From assembly GCA_964391805.1 (NCBI GenBank), contig CAYMNK010000004.1, forward strand, positions 91,986-155,985: DNA of 64,000 bases, in the 5' to 3' direction. Numbering within the stretch: position 1 is the stretch's first letter; each line of letters begins with the position of its first letter. Below, piece after piece: positions 26,892-35,982 of this stretch. Origin of the DNA: an uncultured Christensenellaceae bacterium. Lineage in GTDB: Bacteria; Bacillota; Clostridia; Christensenellales; CAG-1252. A program made the position numbers and the translations under genes. The notes beneath the pieces are model-generated. The model saw only the letters and a list, made by a program, of their open reading frames with translations, was not told the DNA's origin and searched no databases.

Positions 26892-28697
26892 CTATAGCGG
26901 TAGATCTTTCTTGGTAAATCTTATAGAACCTACTATGTATCCAAGCAAACCCATAACTATAAGTATTGCAAACTTCCATATGAAAGTTGTAGTATTTTCG
27001 ATAATCGATATTACATCGAATAACGATATTATTGTTACGTAATTAAAGTAATTTAGTGCTTTTAGACGAACTACCGATGGAATCACAGGACTTCCAAACA
27101 AGCCAAGCATTGCTGCAACCAACGCAAAAATACTCAATCCGCCACCGATTGCCATCGAGTGCTTGCTTCTATCGAAGAAACACGATGTAAAGAAACACAA
27201 TCCCGAAAGTGCAAACAATACAAGGAAAGCGCCTACATTGAGCAATATTAAGTTCCCATAACTCAACCCGACTTCTTCACCAACTATCGCTAAACAAACA
27301 CAGCCTGTTGCCGTCGTCAATCCGAACATCGCTAACAATGAACCTATTAAAAATACGCTTTGGGTAAATACTACCGTTTCTCTTTTTGTAGAGGTTGACA
27401 GTACATATGCCATAGATCCGCTATCTACTTGCCCTGCTATTAGGTTATTGGATGCCATAATCATATAGATTATCGGCAATAAAAGCCCTGCTAATTTATA
27501 GAAAATCGATCCGACAATCAAAGTATATAAGTTTGCTTTACCTACCTCTTCGAGCGCTTCGGATACCGAACTTGGAAGTGTTGTTAAAAAACTTGAAGAA
27601 ATTTCGGTTGCAAGATCGCTTTGCATACTCTTTACTGCCGTCGCATACTCTTCATCTGTCAATTCACCGTTATCGAGTTTTTCTTTTAGAAGCTCGGTTT
27701 CATATTCTACCCTTCCGCGATATGTAACAATGGAAGTTTTCGCCATACCCTTGACTGCATCGTAGGTATATCCAAACGAATCGAATTTTTCCTTAGTAAC
27801 GCCGTAACTCGATAATGCGTCGGTAAGCAACTCTACGTTTTCCGCTTTAAGCATATTACCCGCAAGGAATATTGCCGAACTGTCGAATGCTCTATCATCG
27901 CGATAGTCTATTCTTTCTCTCGACTTTACGTATTCATCGACTGTGCCAGATTGTATAGAGTTGATAATAGACATAAAGTCATAATCTTCGGGAATCGACT
28001 CTCCGTTTTCGATATAAAAATCGTCGAACATTCCGTTGGGATTTAATGCGTACATTACACTTCCTAACATCTCTTGCGCTTCGGACGAATTCTCGTCATA
28101 ACCTAATTTTTCCGCTTTTAATAGTATATATGCCTGTAAATCTGCACATGCATCGGTATATACTTTGGTAATTCCGTTTTCAACAGTAGCGGGAGATTGC
28201 GCTTGCCAATCGGCAATTGCGTTGAGATACTCGGTATTGTCAGTATAGTTACTTTCCTTCGGTTTGGAATTATTCCACTCGGTTACACTATCCGCATATG
28301 CCATCCCTGTGGATGTTGACATTTCGGGACACTGTAATGACCACAATAACAATGAGGATACATATGCACCGTTATCCTCAAAATCGGCTTCGTCGGGCAT
28401 TTTGGAACACCATAATAGATAACTCACGACATCATTTGCCTTCTCGCTAAATAACGAATCGAAATGAGCCAATCCGTCGGTAATATCCGAATAATAGCTC
28501 AAACCGCGTTTTTGTAATTGTGCATCGACTTCTTTAACTATAATGGTATCTTGGACCGAATCTTTTACTTCTCCTATATTTCCGTTGCCCGATATAAGCA
28601 TTACACAGGCAAGCATAAAGCAAACTGCAAACGTTATGATCGCCCACATTGTTCCGTTCGCTTTACATGATTGTTTAAATAAAGCTTTACTAAACAT
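26892..28697 (-). CDS. ABC transporter permease with large extracytoplasmic domain
   Basis: One N-terminal TM helix, a soluble region of about 380 aa, then about 5 C-terminal TM helices. Directly downstream of two ABC ATPase genes. Confidence 0.7.
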   Translation of the reverse strand: MFSKALFKQSCKANGTMWAIITFAVCFMLACVMLISGNGNIGEVKDSVQDTIIVKEVDAQLQKRGLSYYSDITDGLAHFDSLFSEKANDVVSYLLWCSKMPDEADFEDNGAYVSSLLLWSLQCPEMSTSTGMAYADSVTEWNNSKPKESNYTDNTEYLNAIADWQAQSPATVENGITKVYTDACADLQAYILLKAEKLGYDENSSEAQEMLGSVMYALNPNGMFDDFYIENGESIPEDYDFMSIINSIQSGTVDEYVKSRERIDYRDDRAFDSSAIFLAGNMLKAENVELLTDALSSYGVTKEKFDSFGYTYDAVKGMAKTSIVTYRGRVEYETELLKEKLDNGELTDEEYATAVKSMQSDLATEISSSFLTTLPSSVSEALEEVGKANLYTLIVGSIFYKLAGLLLPIIYMIMASNNLIAGQVDSGSMAYVLSTSTKRETVVFTQSVFLIGSLLAMFGLTTATGCVCLAIVGEEVGLSYGNLILLNVGAFLVLFALSGLCFFTSCFFDRSKHSMAIGGGLSIFALVAAMLGLFGSPVIPSVVRLKALNYFNYVTIISLFDVISIIENTTTFIWKFAILIVMGLLGYIVGSIRFTKKDLPL

Positions 28698-28703
28698 TGT
28701 CTT

Positions 28704-29606
28704 CTACTCCTTTGACTTCGATTTTGTTAATATTTTTTTGAAATGCATTTCTAAGGTATAAGGTAATTCGGATATAAATTTAACATCATACTCCCGGAGT
28801 GATTTCAGTAAATCGCCCGTATCGTGCGATCCGATCCTTATAGTCACCTGATTGTATTGCTCTTGAATCCTTATTTTATCAAACGGCTTTGATAAAAAAG
28901 CAGTAAAATCGGATGCATTATTAAATTCGATTTTAAAATCCTTAACTTCGCTATTACGTATACTATTCATATCGCAAATATCTATTAAATGCCCGTCATT
29001 TATCAATGCCACCTTATCACAAGTCTTTTCAAGTTCGTCAAAACTGTGACTACTCATAAATACCGTTTTTCCGCGCGAATGCTCTTCTTGAATTATATCA
29101 AGAAAAGTTGCACGCATAAGCGGATCGAGTCCCGTTGTAGGTTCATCCAAGATAATTATCGGTGAATTATTCATTAGCGCCGAGACAAGTGCCGTTTTTT
29201 GTTTCATACCTTTACTCATTCTCTTAAGATTGGCACGTGGATCGAGTTGCAAACGCTCTATCAATTCGTTTGCATAATTCATATCGGTCATTCCTAAAAA
29301 TTCCGCTTGACACTTAAGAAACTCGATTCCTGTTTTGAGATCGGGAAAAGCTATCTCACCGGGAACATAACCGATACTTTTGACTATCTCGTTCGAATGC
29401 TCCCAAGAGGTAAGTCCGTTTACGTATGAATTACCTTGATCGGGCTTCAAAAATCCTAATATGTGTCTAATTGTTGTCGTTTTACCGCTTCCGTTTGTTC
29501 CGACATATCCAATCATTTCGCCTTCTTCGATTGATAAGTTTAAATCAAAGATTCCGCATCCGTTTCCATAATCTTTGGAAAGATTTTTTAATTCAATTAC
29601 GCTCAT
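28704..29606 (-). CDS. ABC transporter ATP-binding protein
   Basis: GTNGSGKTT Walker A, MSKGMKQK signature variant, IIILDEPTTGLD Walker B. Confidence 0.85.
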   Translation of the reverse strand: MSVIELKNLSKDYGNGCGIFDLNLSIEEGEMIGYVGTNGSGKTTTIRHILGFLKPDQGNSYVNGLTSWEHSNEIVKSIGYVPGEIAFPDLKTGIEFLKCQAEFLGMTDMNYANELIERLQLDPRANLKRMSKGMKQKTALVSALMNNSPIIILDEPTTGLDPLMRATFLDIIQEEHSRGKTVFMSSHSFDELEKTCDKVALINDGHLIDICDMNSIRNSEVKDFKIEFNNASDFTAFLSKPFDKIRIQEQYNQVTIRIGSHDTGDLLKSLREYDVKFISELPYTLEMHFKKILTKSKSKE

Positions 29607-30568
29607 TTCAATGCACCTCCGTAATTGTTGTCTTCCTTGTAAAACTTCATAAAATAGTCTTCGAGAGTTTCTTTTCGATTGCTAAACAACGAAACGGAAA
29701 GTTCGGATAACATCGATATTAAAGTATTCAAATCGCTATCTTCTACCGAAATGTATACCGTATTTTCACTTACACTAAGTAACATCATCGAAGAAATTTG
29801 ATCCTTTTCCAATAAGAAATTAGATAAATCATCATCCATTTCGAATGTGATATTATAGTTTTTTCGTGTAGCATGTTTTAAGTCATCCGCGACAAACTCT
29901 GATACTATCTTGCCGTCCTTAATGATCGCAATTCTATCACAAGTATTATCGATTTCGGAGAAGATGTGACTCGATAAAAGTATTGTCTTGCCTCTTGCTT
30001 TCTCTTCGTGAATAAAGCGAATAAACACTTCTTGCATCACCGGATCGAGCCCACTTGTAGGTTCGTCTAAAATCAAAACTTCGGGATCCGACATAAATGC
30101 TGTAACAACAGCAAGTTTGCGCTTAACACCTAAACTCATTCGCTTAGTTTCACAGCAAAGAACTTTGTCATCGAGTTCGAACAAAGTTAGCATATCGCTT
30201 AGTCGTTCTTCATTATGGATTCCTTGCAAATTTTGCATCATCCTTATAAATTCCCAGCCTGTTAAACCTTGGGGTAATGCTATTTCTCCCGGGATATATC
30301 CCACCTTGTTGAGTATTTGATGATATCGATCAAAGCTTTCCATTCCAAAGATTTTTGTACTTCCTGTATCAGGTTTAGAAAAGCCCATCAAATGTCTGAT
30401 CGTAGTGGACTTTCCTGCGCCGTTTGGTCCTAAAAAGCCAAAAACTTCACCCTTTTTTACATGAAAGCTAACATCAAAAACTCCTCTCGAAAAACCATAA
30501 TCTTTGGTCAAATGATCAATTTCGATAATATTTTCATTCAAAATAACCGATTTTTCTTCGTTTTCCAT
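29603..30568 (-). CDS. ABC transporter ATP-binding protein
   Basis: GPNGAGKST, MSLGVKRK and VLILDEPTSGLD motifs. Start at ATG 30568 has GGAGG 7 nt upstream. Its stop overlaps the next ATG (ATGA). Confidence 0.85.
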   Translation of the reverse strand: MENEEKSVILNENIIEIDHLTKDYGFSRGVFDVSFHVKKGEVFGFLGPNGAGKSTTIRHLMGFSKPDTGSTKIFGMESFDRYHQILNKVGYIPGEIALPQGLTGWEFIRMMQNLQGIHNEERLSDMLTLFELDDKVLCCETKRMSLGVKRKLAVVTAFMSDPEVLILDEPTSGLDPVMQEVFIRFIHEEKARGKTILLSSHIFSEIDNTCDRIAIIKDGKIVSEFVADDLKHATRKNYNITFEMDDDLSNFLLEKDQISSMMLLSVSENTVYISVEDSDLNTLISMLSELSVSLFSNRKETLEDYFMKFYKEDNNYGGALK

Positions 30569-30598
30569 CTTTTTAGCCTCCTTATTTTTTTTGAACAC

Positions 30599-30639
30599 TG
30601 TTGACATTTGAACATTGTTATATTATAATTATGTCAACA
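30599..30639 (+). promoter_or_regulatory. Consensus sigmaA promoter for the tetR-family gene, overlapped by a 9-bp inverted repeat (candidate operator)
   Basis: TTGACA (30601-30606), 17-nt spacer, TATAAT (30624-30629). Inverted repeat TGTTGACAT (30599-30607) / ATGTCAACA (30631-30639). Confidence 0.6.
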
Positions 30640-30718
30640 ACAAAAAGAAAGTACACATTTTTATTCAATGTTAATATTTAAACAGAGTAAATAAATTTGT
30701 GTAAAGTTAGGAGAAACA

Positions 30719-31285
30719 ATGAAGGTACAAAACAAAAATAGGTCTTCCATAAAGACAAAAAGAATAATTAGAAAAATGTTTGCCGAAATGCTTTCGGAGA
30801 AAAAAGATCTTGGTAATATTTCGATAAGCGAACTTTGTGAACGTGCTGAGATTTCACGCGGGACCTTTTACGCCCACTATGACGATATCTACGGTGTTGC
30901 CGAGGAGTATGAAAACGAACTTATCGATACGTTCTTCAGCAATGTCGAATCGATAAATCCGCATAATATTATGGATGTAATGGATACTATATTTCAATTT
31001 ATTAAACAAAATAATGAGAATTATCAGTTATTATGTAAGTCAAATGAGATTCTTTTTGCAGCAAAAAAATTGACTCAAACCACATCGACTAAGCTATTAG
31101 AGATTATCGAAAGAGATTTTAAAACAAAAAATAACAAATTTATCGAATTAGATATAACCATTTTCTTAGACGGTATTTTTTGTGAATATGTCAAAAGTTG
31201 CAGAGGTTATTCCAATAAATCGCTCGACGATTTATATGAGTATAGTAAATATTGGTTATCAAACTTTATTAAGTTAATAGGATAA
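30719..31285 (+). CDS. TetR/AcrR-family transcriptional regulator
   Basis: N-terminal HTH (ISISELCERAEISRGTFYAHYDDIY). AGGAG SD. Divergent from the ABC operon. Confidence 0.85.
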   Translation: MKVQNKNRSSIKTKRIIRKMFAEMLSEKKDLGNISISELCERAEISRGTFYAHYDDIYGVAEEYENELIDTFFSNVESINPHNIMDVMDTIFQFIKQNNENYQLLCKSNEILFAAKKLTQTTSTKLLEIIERDFKTKNNKFIELDITIFLDGIFCEYVKSCRGYSNKSLDDLYEYSKYWLSNFIKLIG

Positions 31286-31700
31286 GCGCTAACGCGAATG
31301 ATGTTATGCTTTGCATAATGATGTTACTTCGTAATGAGGTTTGCCTCTGGCAAATGAGGTTTTGCGTTGCAAAATTGTGGATGCAGATACCGACGAGTTG
31401 CATCGCCCTACGGGTTCGACTACAACATGACATGATATATGTCGATATCGTTCGCAAGATACCAAATTGTTGCACAATTTGATTCTCGTTACGCTCGAAT
31501 TTCGACTACGCTCAGTATGACGGCGAACGAAATTTGCTTGCCTTGAGGTGTATTTAGATTCCGACGCTATGCGTCGCCCTATCGGGTTCGACTACGGGTT
31601 GTCACCCTTCGCTCAGTATGACTATATTGGGCGCTATCGCTTACCTTGATATGGATAAGGCATCTACTAAACGCCCTCATGATGTAATATATTATTTCTT
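31286..31700. repeat. Mosaic intergenic repeat locus R4 (5 mini-hairpins, truncated type-1, type-2, type-1 unit)
   Basis: Hairpins with AATGATGT/ATGAGGT linkers span 31286-31373. The type-2 unit at about 31450-31525 is closed by CGTTCGC/GCGAACG. The type-1 unit at 31545-31650 has a core identical to 26299-26370. Confidence 0.85.
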
Positions 31701-31720
31701 TTATTGCAAAGATGTACCAC

Positions 31721-32740
31721 TTACTTACTCTTACTCCCCTTAAAGCCATTGGCGTAATCTTGTATTATTTCTGTACCGTATATTGGGCGAGGTTTTGTGC
31801 CTCTACTAATTCCTTCTTCTATCAATAGAGTCAATAATTTTGCAAAATCTAATCCGATTGCCGAAAATAGATAGTATGAAAGCGATCCGGGAATTGTATT
31901 AATTTCATTGACATATAATTTTTCTCCCGCCAATAAATAATCTATTCGAACAACGCCAAATAATCCAAGTTTTTGATATATTTCGACACTCGTTTTTTGA
32001 ATTTTATTTCTTAATTCATCACTTATTTTCGCGGGAATTTCTCTCTCTCCATTACGATATTTATCGTCAAAATCAAGATATTTCCCTTTATGCAATGGTT
32101 TTTCCACCTCGGACGGTATCGGAATGCCGTCTTTAATAACAACCGCACAATTAAGTTCTATCGAATCTTGCAAAAATGGTTCTATTATGTAACTGCCGAA
32201 GTATTTTGCATTTTCCTTGCCTTTTTCTAAAGTTTCTTTATCATTTGCTATCGATATTCCTATGCTTGAACCCAAAACTGTCGGTTTAATAATGCAAGGA
32301 TAATCTTTTCCGTTCCATTCTTCAACAACGTCAAAACCTAAACACCTCAATCTCTCTTTAGTTAAAGCTTTATCCATACATATATATGAAGATGCCATAT
32401 CGCAAGAAGTGTAAGGTATGGAATAATACTCCAATAGCGCCGATAAAGTGCCATCTTCGCCCTCTCCGCCATGCGTCGCCACAAGTGCACAATCAACCGC
32501 CGCGAATTTCCTTCCAATCTTCAATCCGCCTTTTGTAAAGATCGCTTTTTTGTCTTTATTGTCCTTTATGTAAGATGAGAAAGTGCGAAAATTCCTTTTA
32601 ATATAGAGTAATCCGTCCTTCATATATACAGGGATAACATTGTAATCGTCGGGGAAGAATGTCCCTGCTTGAATTGCAGTTAATATTGATATTTCGTGTT
32701 CATAAGACCTACCGCCATAAAATAATGCAACTGTTAACAT
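31721..32740 (-). CDS. ddl: D-alanine--D-alanine ligase
   Basis: FYGGRSYEHEISILTA N-terminus, ATP-grasp motifs and a C-terminal EINTIPGS motif. Confidence 0.9.
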   Translation of the reverse strand: MLTVALFYGGRSYEHEISILTAIQAGTFFPDDYNVIPVYMKDGLLYIKRNFRTFSSYIKDNKDKKAIFTKGGLKIGRKFAAVDCALVATHGGEGEDGTLSALLEYYSIPYTSCDMASSYICMDKALTKERLRCLGFDVVEEWNGKDYPCIIKPTVLGSSIGISIANDKETLEKGKENAKYFGSYIIEPFLQDSIELNCAVVIKDGIPIPSEVEKPLHKGKYLDFDDKYRNGEREIPAKISDELRNKIQKTSVEIYQKLGLFGVVRIDYLLAGEKLYVNEINTIPGSLSYYLFSAIGLDFAKLLTLLIEEGISRGTKPRPIYGTEIIQDYANGFKGSKSK

Positions 32741-32752
32741 ACTATCTCCTTA

Positions 32753-34252
32753 TTATAATTCATAACTTGTGGGAATATCTGCAAGTATCAAAAGTGTATC
32801 ACCCGATACAAGCAACTCGGAATATATCTTGATACATTCTTGCATATCACGCGCTATTCGAAAGGGAATCCTTTCACCAATAATATCAAGCATTGCTTTT
32901 TTATTCTTATTACCGAGAATTATAAGCATATCTGCACATTCTTCTACCTTATCAATCAACATATTCAAGGCTTGTTTGTCATTGCTTCCTTGTTCGACAA
33001 AGCCCGACGAAGTCACTATTTTCCTCCCATTTGCGGTTTTCAAAACATCTAATGCCGAAATTGCACCTAACGGATTGATATTGAAACTGTCATCTATAAT
33101 CGTGATACCCTTATCGTTCTTAATTAATTCCATCCTATGCGGTACAGCCTTGACCGAAGGTAGTGAATTAACGATATCGTCTATGTCGATACCAAGTCTA
33201 ATCGCTACACCTATTGCCAATATTAAATTGTCCGCATTCACGTTACCTAAGAGTTTAGATCGAATAGTTAATTCTTTACCGTCTATAACTGCATTTATTA
33301 TTGTACCGTCAACCGTGCATTGTTTAGAAATACACTGACTTTCACCGAAAAATACCGTATTACTTGGAAAATCATCACCTGCCCATTTGCATTTTTCATT
33401 GGCAAAACTCATATGAGATGCCTTTAAAAGCTTCACTTTTTCGCTAAATACCGCACCGATATCCCCAAATGTTTCAAGATGCTGTGGAGAAATGGCAGTC
33501 AATATCCCAATATCAACGGGTACGATATCTAATAAGCAGTCAATATCTCCTTTATGTCTTGCTCCGTACTCTACTATAAAAATATCGGTATCCGACGGCA
33601 TTGTCGAGATAGAACGCACCAGCCCCATAGGTGTATTGTAGCTTTTCGGTGTTACGTAAATCTTTCCGAGCGGTGCAAGCAACACTTTCAATATCTCTTT
33701 GACAGTCGTTTTACCTGCACTTCCGGTTATTCCTATTACCATTGGCTTAACGGTAGACAATTTAGTTTTCGCATCTAAAATGTAGCGATTATTTATTCGT
33801 TTTTCAATAGGATGCATAATAAGCAACGATATGTAAGCGAATATTCCGCTAAGTGCAACAATTATTCCATATGAATAGACATACTCTTTAACCCACCAAA
33901 TGGGAAGCGAAAGAGAAACAACTATCACGCTATATAGCGAATAACATCTAATAAGTCTATGTGTAAAAGTTACCCTCAACCCGATGTAGCGAATCGCTTT
34001 ATATACTCCCGAAATCAAGCTCGGTATCATTGTTATCAAACAAGCAACTGACGCGTCAAGAAAGTTTGAGAACTTAAAAATCAAGCTTAATACTACGGCA
34101 ATGATAAATGTCAAAGTATCTATAACTATAAGTTTTGTTACACCAAACAAGCAGTCCTTAGGCTCGTAACTTTTAGACTGAAATCCACCAAAGTAAAAAT
34201 ATGAATTGAGCAAAAATAAAAATAATCCAAATAGAAAAATCACAATATTCAT
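32753..34252 (-). CDS. murF: MurF-like Mur ligase with polytopic membrane N-terminal domain
   Basis: GITGSAGKTTVKE P-loop, central Mur ligase domain and C-terminal PHRMELI...IIDDSFNINP. The N-terminal 170 aa or so contain 5 hydrophobic helices. ATG 34252 overlaps the upstream stop (ATGA). Confidence 0.75.
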   Translation of the reverse strand: MNIVIFLFGLFLFLLNSYFYFGGFQSKSYEPKDCLFGVTKLIVIDTLTFIIAVVLSLIFKFSNFLDASVACLITMIPSLISGVYKAIRYIGLRVTFTHRLIRCYSLYSVIVVSLSLPIWWVKEYVYSYGIIVALSGIFAYISLLIMHPIEKRINNRYILDAKTKLSTVKPMVIGITGSAGKTTVKEILKVLLAPLGKIYVTPKSYNTPMGLVRSISTMPSDTDIFIVEYGARHKGDIDCLLDIVPVDIGILTAISPQHLETFGDIGAVFSEKVKLLKASHMSFANEKCKWAGDDFPSNTVFFGESQCISKQCTVDGTIINAVIDGKELTIRSKLLGNVNADNLILAIGVAIRLGIDIDDIVNSLPSVKAVPHRMELIKNDKGITIIDDSFNINPLGAISALDVLKTANGRKIVTSSGFVEQGSNDKQALNMLIDKVEECADMLIILGNKNKKAMLDIIGERIPFRIARDMQECIKIYSELLVSGDTLLILADIPTSYEL

Positions 34253-34935
34253 ACAATCCCCCTTGCAAACTCGGTAACTAATGAATAAAACCTTGTCGGC
34301 TCTTCTAAAAAACAAAAGTGTCCGCAGTTTTCGAATATAACCGTTTTATGCTTAGATATGTTACGCTCCAACTTTTTGAGCATATATATAGGCGTTTCCC
34401 TATCCTTTTCACCCCATATAAGCATTGTAGGTACGCTGATTATCGTTGTTAGTTTAGATAAATCCTCGTTAACGACATTGACAAAGGTCTTCTTCATTGT
34501 ACCGGTTAGCCGTTTATAGTCCTCAGAACCCATACTCGACGAAATTCTCATTCTTTTTAGAATTTTATATACCCCAACCTTGATGAAATAATCTAAACAA
34601 CGTTTTGGTTTTATTCCTGCCGAATCGACTAGAACAAGCCCTGCTACACGCGTATTGGATGCAAGTTTAATAGCAACCCTTCCCCCAAAGGAATGCCCTA
34701 TAACTATCACGTCTTCCATATTATAATAACGCATTATCTCTTCTACCGCTTGTACGAAATAATCGAGATTAATGGGAAAGGGAGGTGAGGGAGATCCACC
34801 GAAACCGTAAAAATCAAGCCTTGTTACGGTAAAGCCCTGTAAATTGTCCGCCGTTTTGAATATTTCTTTATCACAACCCCATCCATGCAAAAACAAAAGT
34901 TCCGCGCCACTACCGTTGCGTTCGTGTGAAAGCAT
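34249..34935 (-). CDS. Alpha/beta hydrolase (esterase family)
   Basis: HGWG oxyanion motif, GHSFGG nucleophile elbow, C-terminal GH. GGAGG SD. Confidence 0.8.
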   Translation of the reverse strand: MLSHERNGSGAELLFLHGWGCDKEIFKTADNLQGFTVTRLDFYGFGGSPSPPFPINLDYFVQAVEEIMRYYNMEDVIVIGHSFGGRVAIKLASNTRVAGLVLVDSAGIKPKRCLDYFIKVGVYKILKRMRISSSMGSEDYKRLTGTMKKTFVNVVNEDLSKLTTIISVPTMLIWGEKDRETPIYMLKKLERNISKHKTVIFENCGHFCFLEEPTRFYSLVTEFARGIV

Positions 34936-34965
34936 TTCCCCTCCTATTCGATTATTAATCGGATT

Positions 34966-35403
34966 TTAGTCGCGATACAACCAATAAATCAAAGCGTCTT
35001 CGCCGTCCATGTAATAATGAGGTCTTACTCCGACGCATTTAAACAAATACTTCTCATATAAACCGATGGCTTTTACATTACTTCTCCTAACCTCTAAGGT
35101 CAAATTATCAAGCCCCTGCGTAAGAGTTTGACTAAGCAACGATTCCATCATCGCACTGCCGTAGCCGAAGCCTTGAAAACAAGGAAGTATCGCTACGTTC
35201 ATTATATGCGCTTCGTTAAAAATGTGTAAATAACTGTAGTAACCTATAACTTGTTCGTCCAAATAAAAAAGGCTGTATGTCGTATTGCTCTGCCCAACCT
35301 CGCTTTCGAGCATACCATAACTCCAAGGATCGGGAAAACATTGCTTCTCGATATCCTCTAAAGTCTTACAATCTTCGATACTTGCCTCTTTAATACTAAA
35401 CAT
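34966..35403 (-). CDS. rimI: Ribosomal-protein-alanine N-acetyltransferase
   Basis: GNAT fold motif (QGFGYGSAMME). Conserved tsaE-tsaB-rimI order. Confidence 0.8.
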   Translation of the reverse strand: MFSIKEASIEDCKTLEDIEKQCFPDPWSYGMLESEVGQSNTTYSLFYLDEQVIGYYSYLHIFNEAHIMNVAILPCFQGFGYGSAMMESLLSQTLTQGLDNLTLEVRRSNVKAIGLYEKYLFKCVGVRPHYYMDGEDALIYWLYRD

Positions 35404-35981
35404 TATTCTTTTTTACCCTCTCTCATTCTTTCTGCTTGAGATTTTTTTAGGTACATAGGTTCAAGCGGTTTTAATTCATTATGCTCAACCATATATACAG
35501 CCTTAGTAAACAATGCGGAAATATACTCGTCATCAGTCACTTCTCTGCCGTATTCGCTCTCCATATATCTATAACTAAAATCGGAATAAGACACAATCTC
35601 TTCCATAGATTTCTCACCGTATTCGCCGTCTAATCTGTAATAGCAATAACCACGTCTTGACGGAATAACAGCCAATCCTTCACCGAAGCCGTCAAATACG
35701 TTCAATCCGGATTTAGCAATATCCGCACCGAAACTTAGCGCGTTAGCAGTACAAACGCCTATTCTTATACCTGTAAACGATCCCGGACCTACAAGTGCAA
35801 ATACACAGTCAATATCTTGCAATTTAAGCTTAGATTCGGTCAATACGCTATCGATAAACGGAATAATAGAAGACGAAGTCGTACCCTTATTACCCGATCC
35901 GAATTTTTTATATATAGTACCGTCTACAAAAGTTGCAACAAGCATTCTGTCTGCCGTAGTATCTATCAATAACAGTTTCAT
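35403..35981 (-). CDS. tsaB: tRNA t6A37 biosynthesis protein TsaB
   Basis: MKLLLIDTT N-terminus, GPGSFTGIRIG motif and position between tsaE and rimI. Confidence 0.85.
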   Translation of the reverse strand: MKLLLIDTTADRMLVATFVDGTIYKKFGSGNKGTTSSSIIPFIDSVLTESKLKLQDIDCVFALVGPGSFTGIRIGVCTANALSFGADIAKSGLNVFDGFGEGLAVIPSRRGYCYYRLDGEYGEKSMEEIVSYSDFSYRYMESEYGREVTDDEYISALFTKAVYMVEHNELKPLEPMYLKKSQAERMREGKKE

Positions 35982-35982
35982 A

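Noticed and set aside
31269-31475. ORF 31269-31475 (-), 68 aa
   Set aside because: It lies in repeat locus R4, antisense to the tetR stop region, and has no SD.
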